Source of the DNA: Candidatus Omnitrophota bacterium
GTDB taxonomy: Bacteria; Omnitrophota; Gorgyraeia; Duberdicusellales; 4484-171
Direction: 5' to 3'
Assembly (NCBI GenBank): GCA_037146775.1
Contig: JBAWWL010000001.1
Coordinates: 69,464-133,463, forward strand
Length of the DNA: 64,000 nt
Shown: positions 24,701 to 39,700 of the stretch, one piece after another
Position numbering within the stretch: position 1 is the stretch's first letter
Layout of the letters: every line of letters begins with the position of its first letter
Notes under the pieces: model-generated
What the model saw: the letters and a program-made list of their open reading frames with translations, nothing else
Databases searched by the model: none
What the model was told of the DNA's origin: nothing
Translations under genes and position numbers: made by a program

Positions 24701-27700
24701 ACCTTAGAATTACTCCGCGCAAGGGTCCCGCATCGAGAAGGCGAAGAAGACCCGATTTTAAATTTTATGTGCACTCTGTTGCTTCTTGAGGACCGCCGCT
24801 TACGTGATGAAGAATTAACCGTTCAACTCCAGAGAGCTAAAGAGCGCGTTATTGAAATAGCGCTTGAGGCCTATGGTCATGCTAGGTTAGCTATTGCAAG
24901 CGGTAATTTTTTGAAATTAGATAATTTACACGTGGCACTTACAAAAAAATGTGAAGAACTGAAAGCTTCTTATCAGATAGAGATGCGCGGATCATGGGCC
25001 AGTATTGAAAATATCTTTGAGCAGGAAAGAATAGAGATTTCTGAAGCTAATCTTGCTGGAGCTTTGGGAGAATTTATCGGAGATTCCATAGAGGTAGATC
25101 TAAAAATGACCTATTGGTTTTTAGCTATCCGACGTAGTTGGCGCCAAGAATTATTTCTTTTTGTCAGAAGCAGGGGTGATTTTATCCCAGGGTGTGTAAA
25201 TATAATGGAAGCGCAACCAAATCGTTCCGCAAAAAAGAAGAAATTACATCAGCCGGTTACTACTAATCAACTTATTGTTGTATCCGGAACAGAAGGCTTT
25301 AGCTATTTTCAGGTTTATAAACGCACTCTTTTAGTCAGTGATGGCAGTAAGGTGAGGTTGTTTAGGTTGGATGATCAAACTGCGGTTTTTGAACAAGTAT
25401 TGATTAATCCTTCGCAGTCCCAAAAAGGAGCGCCTTGCGGGCAAAAATTGGGGATTTCTGCGAAGGAGGCAGCCACCGGCCTGCCGCTTGTTACGACGAG
25501 TCCGCGGGGTTCCGCTGGTAAAAATGATATTCCGGAGTTAGTAATATCTCAAGATATTCCGCCGCAAAGGCGTAAAGACTTATTTGAAATCACCCTTGTC
25601 GGTGGAGGGATCTTGAAACTTGATGAAAACGGAATTATCCCTGCACTTAAAAAAGCGGAAACTCGGCACCATTTAATGCAGGACGAAGCTTCTTCCCCCA
25701 TATCTTACGAAAAGGAAAATTTTTCGCGCGCGCTTAAATTACCAAAGCCAATGCGGGTTATACGTATTGTTTCGGCAATAGCTATACCTATAATCGCAGT
25801 TATACTTTCCGTATATTTTGGCGGCTATTATATTTTATTAGTGGAATCAGGATTTTTTAGTTCCTTAGTTACCCAGACGATTGTTGGAGGTTTATCTCTT
25901 GGCTTTGGGATGTATATTGAACAGTCTTTGCGGGGAGCACTCCTGAGTCGCACTAATCTTGGAAAAATAATGCGTTTGACATTATTCGGCGGGCTCTATT
26001 TGGCAATTTTTGTCTTCGGAGCGTGGTATTGGTTTTTAAATAATTATGTTCCCAGTGTATTCTGGAAAGTTTTCCTTGACCTTACCTTATTTGCTTTTTT
26101 TGTCGTCATTCCCTGCAACTTTTTTATCTATAAATATTTAGTTTGCCTGAACCGGGAAAAAATGGATTTGTGCGAGACTTTAAAACGCGCATTACAGTAT
26201 TTTGTTTTTAACGCTCTTTGGTGGGGTTTATGGCTTGGAATAGGATGGGCCTATTATCCTCAGTATATTGTTCTTATCGCGGTTAATTCCCAGATTCTTT
26301 GGTCAGGATTTATGATGTATTGGCTTGAATCTTGGATTGAGGCAGCACATAAAGAAAGTAAAGCAGGGAGTGCTGCTAAAGATTTACGCCAAGGAAATAG
26401 ACAAAATCCAACCGCTAGTTCCCCGCATACATCTTCCTCTCCGCTTTCTTTAGGTATACCAGAGTTTTCATTGCCTTTATTTAATGGGCCGGTGTTTATC
26501 AATAAACAGCATGTATATACGGAGACTCCTCCAGACATAGATATGGATGATTTTTTAAGCCGAGCTCCTAATTTACCAAGCTTACAGGCTTTACGTTTAT
26601 CCCGAATGCTAGAGAAGGCAGGATTTGCTGGTGATGATGTAGTGGTTAATGGGCAAAGGCGTATTGTGCTTATGGGTGGGATAGTTGAGCTCTGCCTGGT
26701 AAAAGAATTTGCGCGTATAGCCATGAGAGCTGCCCAACAAGAGGAAAAAGTAGAAGTGCTAATGTCTTTGGACACGCTTGTGTCCGATGAGTTGATATTT
26801 GTTGGAAACGAGAGGAAATTTCTAAAGCGTTATTTTTCTATCACCGATTCCGAAAGCCCCTACATTACAATCTTAAATATCTTGTGGCTTAATTACGCTA
26901 TTGTAATTTTGCAAAGCGATATGGTAATTGTCGGAGAAAATCAAAAAATAGTCATCCGTATTTTTTCTAAAAAAGAAGATTTATTTGAATATATAAGAGA
27001 TACTTATGGGCAACTTGCTAGCTCTTCAGTTCTTCAACATTATCCGGTTGAATTTTATTGGAATAGAAAAGAAGTTTATCCGGTTGCTTGGGGTGATTTT
27101 AATGAACCTGGGCATAAATGGCTTGAGGTTCCGGTATCAAATAGGATTAATTTTATGCCAAACGTGGCACAATATATCCGTTTTATCGAGCTTCTAGAAG
27201 GTTTGGGTATTCATACTGGTTTCAACGATCCAAACAGCTTAAGAACTTTACAAGGAAATCCTTGTATTCTGGGTGTTGTTGGTAGCCCAGGCACCGGAGC
27301 AAAACATCCCGCCATATCATTCTTGAAGCCCGATCAGCCAACCAATATTGTTATTGTTCAGCTTGGCGATGTTGCGAGCTTGAGCGATGAAGATTATATT
27401 AACGGATACGTTGTGGCTAAACGCAGGCAAGGAGCAGTAATTTTGTCAGCGCACTTAGTTACAATTGACGCGGTGCTTTGTTATGGCAGAGACAGTCAAG
27501 GGCTAGATATATTTGAGGTTGTTTTGCCTTCTTCTGGCGCAAAACTTATCTCCAGTAAAACATTTCCAGTAAATGGAATAACTAGCTCGCCGCTCAATTC
27601 TCACCCAGTACTCAGTACTCAAGACTCACGACTAAATAAAATCAGTTCACCGCTATCAAGTAGGCGTTCCGGCATTTCCCGCTTTAAAGACGAATTAGCT

Positions 27701-30700
27701 GAATGTGAAAAGTTTAGCGGGCTTTCTACTTTGTATTCTCAAGGGGTGCTTGGGCTTCAGCCCGAAGACGAGAGTATTTTTTCTCAAGTACCGCGTGCGG
27801 GATATTTTTATGAATTCTGGTGGCCAAGTACGTTTAAAGGGCCAGAATATTTAAAACTATGGAATATGGAACTTTGTTGGAATGGTTATCAAATTGCTTT
27901 TGGAAATATTAAATTTGTACCCATAGAGAAAGACGGCCGCCAGGGTTATGCGGTTTCGCTGTATACGTGTGACAGTTATGTATTCTTTACCGGTTTCGGT
28001 TTCGTTTATGATTTATTTGCCCGCATGCTTTTACGTTCTTTTGATATTGCCAGAATCCAGGGCATTGGTCCTATTATGAGGTTGGACAGGTATTATCATT
28101 CCGGAATTGATTTATCGCGCGACAGGGATGAGAAAAAATATGTGCATATTTTGCATACTTTGGGTTTTGATAAACATTCCACGCGTTTTGGCTATCTTAG
28201 AATAGATGACCGCGGATGGATGAGTGCTCGGCCGCAAGATTTCTATGCGGCACTTCGCACAAAAAGGCGTGAACTTTTTTATGCAAAGCGAGCCCAAAAA
28301 ATGCTTGGTAGCGGTCAAACGCCCAGCTTTTTAGATTGGATGTCAGGAGAATGGAGAAACGAGAGAGCTATCGAAAGTGTGCATAACGAAGTAGCTCTTA
28401 ATATGATATGTGAACAGCTGCGTGCTCACGCAACAGAAGTTAATCCAGATATCTTTTCAAGAGTAATAAGTAGGCAAGTTTATTTAAGCAGCCGGCCGGT
28501 TTCTTCGGCGATTTCGATTATTCCGGATAGCGCAGAGATTAACCGTATTCATAATCAATTCAGCGGCGAATTCGTCCGTAAACTCATTGTGTGGCGGCTT
28601 GATGCCGCAGGACAAACACGCGCACATACCTTAGATGTTTTGGTATACAATCAACTCGATACTCAGGGCAAAGAAATAATGAAAGAATTACTTAGTCACT
28701 GGCCTCGGGAAGCAGAAATACTTAGCAGACTTAATGATTTGTTGAGTTGCTCTATAGATCATCGTTATCGCAGTAGCCATCTTGATTTTCAGGCGGCATT
28801 TGAATTATTGGATACTATCGGTAGAAGTTCAGCGCTCATGGTTACACATGCCGATGTTTTAACTACTATTCTTTCTAATGAGGAACTCGGTAAAGAATTA
28901 GAAGCGTTATTGTTGTCAGCATTGTCTATCGCTCGTCCCGTTCCTCAAGCAATTACCGATCAGCTTCCTTTGGTTGATGATGCTTATCTTGCTGTTTCAA
29001 AGAATGAAGCGGGCAGCATTGAGGCGGTAGAGTCTATAGTTTTTGTTTCGTATGGAGGAAGTACAAACACGGTTTTTCTATGGAAGAATGCTCCGCATAA
29101 TTCGCTTATACCTTTATGGTTTGAGAAAGGATATATACAAGTTTCTGGTTTGTATCGGGATTTTGACGTAGGCAGACAATTAGTTGCTTTTGCTGGAGAG
29201 TCTGCGGTAGGCGCTGACAAAAATATGGAGTTTTTGCTTTCAGGATTTGCTGCTGATGAAGCATTAAAATCAATGGGTTTTCGGCGTGGAATCAGCACCT
29301 ATAATACAGCCGAAATTAGGCAAGTTATCACAGCATTTTCTCGCGCTACTGCTGGGAAACTACACCAAAGCGTGTTGGCAGGAGATACAGAAGGCCTGCA
29401 ATTACTTAATACTTTGCTTCGCAACGCTTCAAGCTCGCCGCTCCAGAAAAAGCCTCAGGAAAAATTTAGTGCAGATTCTGGTTTCTCTCCGCTTGATGGC
29501 TCTTCGAAAGCCCCTGTTGTAATAAATAATCCGCGGCTTATCCGGGTTCATTTTGACGGTATTGCTAGATATGTTCCACAGGGACTGGCGGTTATTGAAG
29601 AACGAATTGCATCTTGGTTAAGACGTAATCCTATTTCTAGTCAGACAAGTCTTTTATACTATCCAAAGGACAACTTTTCGGCTCATGAAATTTTCACTAC
29701 AACCGGGTATATTCCGAATGAAGCTTTTTTAGGATTTGCCGAGAGTGAATTTATTTTAACCGGTGGGTCAATCGTCTGCTTAATTAACGCACTTTATTCT
29801 TTATGGACGTACTATGCTCGCAACGGGCAGGGTGTGCGTTTTATTGTCGCCCACGATTGTTGCTATGCCGTAGGTAAACCAGGCTACTTTTTATCTATCG
29901 TAAATGGTGATTCCCACGATTTATGGAAAAAGCCACATGAGGGGATTTTAAGAGATTTAGGTATTTTGTATTACCAAAACCGTATTGGCGGTTTTCCTGG
30001 CGAAAACCCTTGCGGCGCGTCTATTTTAATAGAGAGCGTAGATAGTATTGATGATATTCAGGTTTCAGAAATAAATCAAACCCATTTCTGCCCTAGTATT
30101 ACTATCTCTGCTAGTTCGTCCAGCTCGTCGCTCGAAGAGGGTATAACCAAATCCCACCCCGGAGGTGGGCTTTGGTTGGATATGCCGCAACGTTTCAGTT
30201 CGTATCAGGATATCAACTCACGACTCACGACTTATGACTCACGACTAAATAAAACTAGCTCGCCGTTGTCAGCAAAAGAGCTTACGGTTGCAGAACAGGC
30301 TAAGCTTGTTGAAGCAGAACAAATTCTTGCCGCAAGAAGAGAGTCTGCGGATTTTCTCTCAAGAACATCTGCGTTATATCCGGGAATAGGCAAAACCACC
30401 GCTATCTTTAGGCTGATGCAGCAACTTTTTGGCGGTCAACCAAAAGAAGATGCTTATCTGCAGTTAACCTATCGCTGTAGTTTCGGTTGTGATGATTGTA
30501 TTGCTATTAAGGTGTTGCAAGGCTCCGGTAGAATAGAAGCCGATGAATCAACATTATATAGATTGCTCGATAGCCTTAAAGGATTCAAGCGGATATGGTT
30601 TGTTGGCGCAGGAGAAACTACTGCCTGGGGAAAAGAAAACTTATTCACGCCGAGAGTAAGCGATAAATTTATCCGGCTAATTCAGTATGCCTGTGACTGT

Positions 30701-33700
30701 GTTGGTCCTGGTGGCAGGGTGATGATTGTTACCAATACCTACCTTATTCCCGAAGAAGAAGCTTTGCAGCAGGAGTTTTTCGGCCGATTCCAGCGCGAGA
30801 ATATTACCTGGGTTGTGTCTGTCGATTATTTCCATGAAGAGAAACTACGCCAACATCACAATAAAGAATTAGCAGCGATCACTAAATCTATGGAAAAGCT
30901 TGCTTACCGCAGGTTTATTAAAACTGCTTACGAAATGAGATTTGTAAATTCTCATGATGAAACTTTACGTCAAGAGATACTTGAGCATTTTGGGCTATAT
31001 AACAAATACTTAACAAGCAGAAATGATTTTGCTATTCATGACCCGGTTGCCATGGGAAATGCCCAAAGTCTTTCCGGTGCGCGGCCACTAGATCTTGCAG
31101 CGCTCATCAAAGATAACCGCCAGCCTTCCAAGTTGGTTCTTTATGTTGATCCCCGGGGCAATGTCGTTACTTTACAGTTTGTCGCATATATGGAACAGAC
31201 AACTAAAGATATGTTGCACCAGGTGTCAGATAGCAAAGAGAAATTTGTTATTGGTAATATTTATGCTAAACCGCTTGCGGATATTATCGCGGAGGAGTTA
31301 TTACTAGGAAATTACCGTAGAGCCTATCGCAGAGATATGTATTATTTCGTGCAAGATAGAATCAGGCGGTCTATAAACGAAGAGAAGAAGGCAGAGACTT
31401 TTAATCGTTCCTTATCGTTTGTGGAGCGCAGTGTTGTCTGGTATGTACTGGGAGAAGTTGAGGTAGCCCGCGCTTATCTTAACGTACCATGTGTTACCCC
31501 TGATTTGCGCTTGAATGTTTTGGATACGGTTTATCGTATACTTCTTGAGGCTAATAGCATTGACGCGGTAAGTTTTACCCGTGATTGTTTCCCGCAAGAA
31601 TTTAATGCGGAATTCCTTAAAGAGAACGGAGTTGAGCTTGGCGATGCCATGGCCGTTCTTTTTTCTGACCGGTCGCTACGCTTGGCTATGGAATATAGTA
31701 ATCATTTTAATGTATTAAGTGATTGGTGCGGTTTTCCTCGGATCTGGGCGAACTCTATTGATGGACATAAATTATGTTGTCCTGTCTATAGGTTCGAGTC
31801 AGTAATGCACCATATGAGTTTTCATCCAGGCAGAAATCTGGGGGTATGGCAAATAACTCCAGTTGCGCCTGGAGGAGAACATATTGAGATTAAATTAACG
31901 CATGGTTGCAATAACAGTTTACGCATTTACCGTGAACACTACGCACTCGACCATGCTGGTGTCGGCTCGCACTGTATCGGTTTAGCTACCGATCAATATG
32001 CTACTTCTTACTATTGCATGGTAGAGGATTACTCCGCTATGCAAGATTTATTCTTTGTTATTCAACAGGCAGTTAATGCTAACAGGCAGTATCAACGGTT
32101 AGCGAGCGTTTGTCGTTCGCTCGGTGAATTTTCTGCGCGTATAGATCGTGCCGAAATTTCTTTTAATAAAGATTTTCCGCAAGCGCCTGCTGTCATGGTT
32201 ATTGGGCAAAGAGGAATAAGAGAGGATAATCAAATCGCAATGCGCCAAGACGGTACTTTTGTGATTGCTGATAGATATATACTTGCGCAAGAACCCCAAG
32301 GGCAAAAGGCAAGTGTACAGTTAAAAACCATAGTGGTTAATTTTGCGGCAGCTTGTGCCGCACAATTACCTGCAGAGAGTGTGGAGTTGGTAAGGCAAGT
32401 GTCCGAGAGCGCTTTTGGTGATGGGTTCGCCCGTGGTTATGCTTCAAGCGCTATAATCTCTGATAACGATGTTGGCTCAGCCAACTCACCGTTAGTAGCT
32501 ATGCAATTTTCCGTAACTTTTGATAAAAGAGCCATTTTTCCGGATTCAAATGGCCGCGATAATAAAAAAACAGGAAACAGAAACAATACAAATTGGTTGC
32601 GGCGGGATCGGGGCTGGCCTACCTTTCCGTGGCTGGCGGAGGCCAACTTCCCTGCCGTACCTTCCCGTTTACGTTTTACATTGCCTATATATATAGGTAA
32701 GGGTTTTAGGCAGCCAGATAGCCGCGGCCCGCCAACAGGAGTCTCTAATTTATCTGCTTACTCGCTCGCCAAAAATTTCCCCGATAATCAATTAAGTTCA
32801 CCCCTCAGCTGTTCCTCGGAGGCCTTAGGAAGAGTTCGTAATGCTTTGTCCGGACGAGAGTGGTATTCTGGTCATGAAGAATTAGCTAAAGGAATGGTAG
32901 ACGTCTTGGTGGCAGCTTTTCAGAGTAAAAATATTGATCCTTCCAACCGTTTACGTTACGGAGTTATTCCTGTGATTGGTGCTGCTAAAAACTTGGACAT
33001 ATTTATTCAGTGCATGCAGGCTGCTATTGATATCGCCCAGCATATTGTTACGCCGGGAGAACACGGTATTGATAAATGGTTTGGCCCGGATGCGGCTTTT
33101 GCCGTAGATTTTGAAATACCGGATTGTGCTTATGGTACAAGTGGGTCGAATGACTTAAGAAGTAGACTAGCCGCAATACAAACAAAAGCTGAATCTAGGC
33201 TATTAGTAAAAGCAGCGAAATTATCCTGGAAGCAACATTTTAGAATTGGGCGTAATTTAGGCTATACCAACTGTATACATTCCGGCCCCCTTGGCCCATC
33301 TTGGTCTCCTGGATCGGTTGCTTACGGTATAGCGGCTATTGGTGCCTACCATAAATTTATTCATAACTATAGTACGGTATTAGAAGATATGCTTGTAGGA
33401 AATGGCGAAGCTGTGCAATTGATGGCAAAATTAAGCAGACATATTCGTTCGCAAAGAGAACTTATCTATCAAGGAAACCTTCGTCGTTCAGAGGATTTTG
33501 TCGCCGGAGTTACTGTGCGGGAATGGCAGTGGGATGAAGAATGGTGTCTATACCCGGAATTAAATCTTCAGTATAACGCAGTAGTTAGCACTATCCAGAG
33601 AATAAAACATTTTGATCAGGTGGTTATGCGTATTATAGGTGATATTACCAGTGTTTATCGAATGAAGAGAGGAAAATTTTCCTCTTTACCGCAATGTGAA

Positions 33701-36700
33701 GAAGAGGCAATACTAGCGCGGGAATATCTTGATTACATAAAGCGCCAACATTGGGATAGCAGATATCCTTATCTTTGGCCGCCTGTGTATCGTGCGGTAT
33801 TTTTACTGGATTATTTAGGCAAATATATTGATTGTAACGGAGAATCCACACAGGAGATTATAAGAACCGGGCAGGCGCTTGATGTCGGTATTGAATGGCT
33901 TGCTACTAGTGGAATGGAGGTACCAAGTTGGTTTGTTCGCCAAAGAAAGATTATTGAGTTAGCAGAGCAATATGGTGTACCGCAAACTCCCAAAAAATAT
34001 TTGACCATACTACAGAAAGCTTTGCAAGAACCTACTCCTTTAGGCTGTGACCAAGTCTGGCACGCACCAATAGATTTTACAGATTGTGTAGAAACTAAAT
34101 CAGCGTCAGTAATCTCTTCGACAACAGAAAACATTGAAGAGCTGGTTGTTATCGGGGACGTACACGATAATGTATCTGGCTTAGCAATATTGCTTTCGGA
34201 TATACGCCAGTATTATCCCAGAGCTCGTATGATTTATTTGGGGGATTACGCGGATAGTTCTGATGACAAAGCTGATCCCCGGGAAACTGTACGGGTAATT
34301 AACTCTGAGAAGGAACAAGGATCGATACCTATTTTGGGTAATCATGATTTTGCCATATTGCGGGCAGTAAAAGGTGACAGAGAGAAATTCGTTTGGTGGC
34401 TGGATAATAGAGGAGTGCATACTTTTCACAAAATACTTCGTGTAACGCCTGTTTTTGACGTATCCGTTGCCGGAGCAGGGCTCACGGTTGACGAAAGCCA
34501 GGTAGCACAGGCGCTTAAAAAAATGCAAGAAAACGAATTTTTCCAACTTCTGGCGCAAAATTACAGTGAATTGCCTTTATTTTACCGTAATGATGCTTTG
34601 GGTATACTTTGCCTCCATACTGGGCCAAGCCTTGAAGTCAGACAGCTTAATATTGTACAAGACACCAAGAGCCTAGAGGTATTGAATCGATCTTATACGA
34701 TTAGAAATTATAATCAGCGGGATGTTTGGGAATTTCTCATGTATAAAGGATGGCATAATGTGAAAGAAGAAAAAGTTGAAAGAGCGTGTAAACTTTTCCA
34801 CGCGCCCTACCTCGTTCTGGGGCATATTATCCAACGTAAAGAACCGTTTTACCGGCGTATCGGCAATGCTTTTATGATCGATAATAATCTTCAAGGCTAC
34901 CTGTTTGTTTCTAGAGAAAGAGGAATAAGGTTTATACGTCTTTTGTCTGATTCAGCCCGCGATGAAATAGCACTGGTAAGTGCTTCCGAATACACCCAAC
35001 GTTTAGCTGAATTTAGGAATTTAGGAGATACCCACGCGTCTTCCGCAATAGAGAATTCACAACGCCCCGTAATGAAGAAAACGATAAGAGTAATGCGGCT
35101 GTTGTCTGTGGTAACAATACCAATAGCTGCGATTATGCTTTCATTTTATTTTGGTGGTTGGTATATTATCACGGTTAAATCAGGGTTTTTTACCGCTCTG
35201 CTTACGATGTCTATCGTCGGCGGTATTTCGCGTGGTTTGGGAATGTACGTTAACCAAACGCTTAAAGGAGAACATTTTAACCGTAAAAACGTAAAGAAGA
35301 TATTGCGTTGGGCATTGTTTGGAGGGTTGTATTTAGCGATATTTGTCTATGGTGCATGGTTCTATATTTTAAATACCTATATAACCGGCATTTTTGCGAA
35401 TATATATTTAGAGGCAGCTTTAAAAACCTTCCTTGATGTAACGCTGTTTGCCGCATTTGTCGGCCTGCCGGCAAATTTCTTTATCCACAAATTTTTGGTG
35501 TGTTTGAACAAAGAAGAAATAAATTGGAAAAATACCAAAGAAAAATTTAAAAAATTATTTATTTATAATGCCATTTTCTGGATTTTGGGATTAACTCCCG
35601 GATGGATTTGGTTTCCGCAATACATTGTCCTTATTGCAGCAAACTTGGGAATACTATATTCCGGCATATTGATCTATTATCTTGAGGAATGGCTAAGAAC
35701 TAGCGACAAGAAGGTTGCTAATAAAGTTTTTGTTCAGCCAAAAGATAATCAAGCCCCACATTCCAGCTCGCCGGTTTCAGGCAAAGAAAATATTAAAGCC
35801 AAAAAGCAGGGATTAAGAACTTGGTTAAGAAAGAATTGTATGTTAGAGGATTGTGATGAAGCGCTTAGGGAATATCAAACTCAGTGGTGCCCGGCTGAAG
35901 TTGCTTTAAGAAAAATTAATCGCGATATTGGTGTAGATTCTGATAGCCCACGATATCTTTATCGTTACAGAGGACAGGCTCTGATGTTTGACGAATTGTG
36001 CGTAGTAGCTACAAAAATAATGGAAGTAAAACATACAATCAGAAAAGAAATTGATTACTCTGTAAATGTTTGGGAGACCATTGAATTTGCTTTTGATATT
36101 GCGCGTTCAAGAAGCAAGCATAATTACCTTGCGGTTATTTTTGAATTGGTGCCTGGTAAGCATGGCGTAACGGGTTGTTCGACGCATCGTGATATTGATC
36201 CAAGAGCTATCCGCCGTGTGTTTGTCTATAACAAGATTACAGAGCATTTCGAAAGGGTTTACAAAAAATATTTAACACAAAAATTACGCCATGCCAGTTC
36301 ACCAAACGTTAATGATCCATTGGACAATCTTTTATTGGCAAGAATTGCTCTTGATGATGCTTTGGCCGATGAAATCAGCCTTTATGTGAGTAATTGTTTT
36401 GTTAACATAGGAATACGCAAAAAATTCAGAGGTAATCTTGAGTGGGTGAGAGATTGTTTGCAATCAATCGCAAAAAAGATAAAAGGTGGGCAGTATTCTT
36501 TACTAAAGGCAAAAAGTCGTATCAAGGAATTACAATTAGTTGACACGCTTAAAAATTTATTTCACCTTGTTTTAACAAGAGATAAAGATATCTTTTTGCA
36601 TTTAAGCGATGAGCAAGTCCGTAAGATGGCTGGTGATGATGGGCATCTGCGGGTTGCGATCGACTTTATGTTTTTATTTTCCGAAAGCTTAGCTTCAAGC

Positions 36701-39700
36701 TCTAGTGTTTTTGCACATGATTCTCACTCCATACTCCATACTCAATACTCAATACTAGATAAAGCCAGTTCATCCTTACCAGAAAATGCTTCGCCGCGCG
36801 CTCCTCCTGAGCTTGAGGATTTACTCAAAATAGAAACGGGTTTACCGCATTTACTTTCACAATTCTTCTTAAAGAACCGAGTAATACTTGCCTTATTAAC
36901 CGCGCTCACTCATGCCCTTGGATTTTTATTTCTAGGAATGGCAAAACATTCACTTTATCCTATGCAGCTTGCTTTTTGGCTCTTTTTCTTCAATTTATTT
37001 ACCGCCTGCATAGTATTTTATCTTTTAGCAACTAATAATAGCTCGCAAAGTACTTTTAAATTCTTTTTTAGTCTTTTTAAGGTGCTACGTAAAAAAGACT
37101 TTGTGCACCTATTTTTACCTTCATTTATTAATGTTATAAGTTCCATTATTTTATATTTCATTTTTCCTTATGTCCCTGGAGCAATCATACTGACATTTTT
37201 ACAATTAACTATGTTTACCGCACTTCCTTTAGCTTTGCTTTATAATGGCGAAAGAGAAGGCTGGGGGAGAAAGATTGTCGGTGTTTCTATAATTGCTATC
37301 TTAGGATTATTGCCTATGCTTGCCAGCGCCAGTCTTTTTAATTTATATGCTTTATATGGAATTGTCATCGGACTTATGTATGGATTGATTACTCCTTTTG
37401 GCCGCAGGCTTTATCAGGATGTATACCGCCGCGCAGTAGTACAAGATAAAGACGCGCAAACTTTATTTGTTAATCTTCCTTATTTTACCATGGTAATCAG
37501 CTACGCAGTGGGTTTGCTGGTTATGGCACTTACAGTATTTTTTATTTTTCCGACGCCGCTGCTTACTTTTCAAGGAACTTCAATAATTACCGGCCGTATC
37601 CTATTGCCATTTTTTATAGGGATTACATTTTTTATCGGTACCTGGATTTGTGCCTTAAAGTTGCAGCAAATGTTTACATACAATATTTCGAAATATTCTC
37701 CCCTGACTGCATCTGGGCCAATGTTCAGTAAGCTTATTGAGGACGGCATTATGCATGGTGGGCTACTGCATCTTGAAATGTACCCTTCGTTACTTCCACC
37801 GCTTGCGGTAATTCTGGGTGCCTTTATTGCCGCAACCGGAAAGAACAAGAAAGATCATCTTTCGCAAAATAGTATGTCAAATATCGCCAAACAACAACTA
37901 ACTTCAGCTAATTCAGCTTCTCGAAGCTCTTCGAGTGTAGGAGAATCTTTTGTGGCCACACCTACTTTAGATAAAAATACTTATTTCGTTGGCTCGCCGA
38001 GAGGCAATTTGGTAAGAATCTCTGTGTCTGTTTCAAAAATAAGAGCAGTAAATGCTTTATATCGTTCACAAACAGATCCTACGCCGTGTCAGGGAGAGAA
38101 AGCTTTAGCGCAATTGGCAGCTTTTCCCGAATTTCCACACAATTATAATTCGCGACTCACGACTTATGAATCACGACTAATCTTATTTAAGGCAGACCAG
38201 TTTCGTCGCATTGCGAGCGGGACGAGTTCCCCGCTTAGTTTAGAGGATTTGGATTTAACTACGCAGAGCTTACTCGGCGAAGGCAGTTACGGAAAGGTTT
38301 TTAAGGTATTTCAGCGCTGTGCCGACACAGTGTATGCTCTCAAGGTTTATTGTGGTAGCTACCCTCATCAGCCGGATGAGCGGATGCCTTTAATCGATTA
38401 TTTGTTAGATTTTTCTCTTCGATACCCACAACTAACCAGTCGCGGTGCTATGCCACGTTGTTATACTAAGGGAGAGTGTTGGTTGAAAGAAGATAGGATC
38501 GTTGAGGTACCTAACGGGTCTTGTGTTTATCCTTGTGTTATTATGGACTATATTCCCGGCGAGAGCTTAGAGGCGCGCTTAGGGCAGGAATGGCGCACAA
38601 GAGGGAGTTGGCAGCATTGGATTAGTATTCAAGACGCCGTCGAACGCGAGTATGCCGGACTTGCGCTTTTAGAAATATTCGATGTAGTCAAGGCGAAACA
38701 GCTTTCCATTATCAAGGAAAAATTGGAACTGGCATCACGTATCGCGCAAGCAGTCAGTGCTTTCCATGCGGCTGAGATAGTTATTAAAGAATTAAAACCC
38801 GACCATATCATCTTAGGACCAGAGGAAGCGATAGCTTTGGTTGATCTTGAAGGTGCAGTTCCGGTTCATTATGATTGGCAGGAAAACTCGCGTAATATTC
38901 CGCGGGCAGTACGTCGTACACACACAAGAGGGTTTTCGGAAAACCCTGTTTTGCTACGTAGCGATGACCCTACTGTACTGGGAGAGCTAAAAACCATGCT
39001 TACCGAGCAGTGGGATATTTATAGTTTCGGAATTGTATTGTTTGAAATGGTAGATGTTGTTACCGCGTTGACCTGTAAAAAAACCAGCGACGGGGGATAT
39101 AGAGAGGTTATGCCATTGACGCGGATAAGAGATGAAATAGACAGTTTAAGAAGAAGCCATCCTTGGGGCGACATTAATGGTGTGCTTTTAGAGATTTATT
39201 CTGTGATTGAACGCTGCACTACACTTGAACGCTCACTCCGCTATAAAACGCTTATTGAGGTTAGCGATGACTTGCGGCTATTGGCTGCACGATTGGCTCT
39301 ACAGATAGAACCAATCGTATCAAGATATTCAGCGCAGCGCATTGTGGCTAAGAATGAAGATGGCTGCGCCAGTTCACCGCTGCAAGACTTTATCTATCAA
39401 GAACTAGGAATTTTTGGTCCAGGAGTTGTTTATCCGAATAAAGTAATTTTTGTGGTTGGGCCTAGCGGTTCTGGAAAATCAACCCTAGAAGATGAATTGC
39501 TTAAACGGTATCTAGATAAATTTATTAAGCCGGATCGGGTCAGGAATAGGCTGCCCAAGCCGGGAGAAGAAAAAAGGAATTCCAGGGTATTTGTTTCTGC
39601 CCAAGAATTTATGGCTCGAGAAACGAGCGGAAGAATTCGTTTTGCCACTCAATTACGCGGTAATTGGTATGGATATGATGTTTTTCATCTGCTAGAGGCA

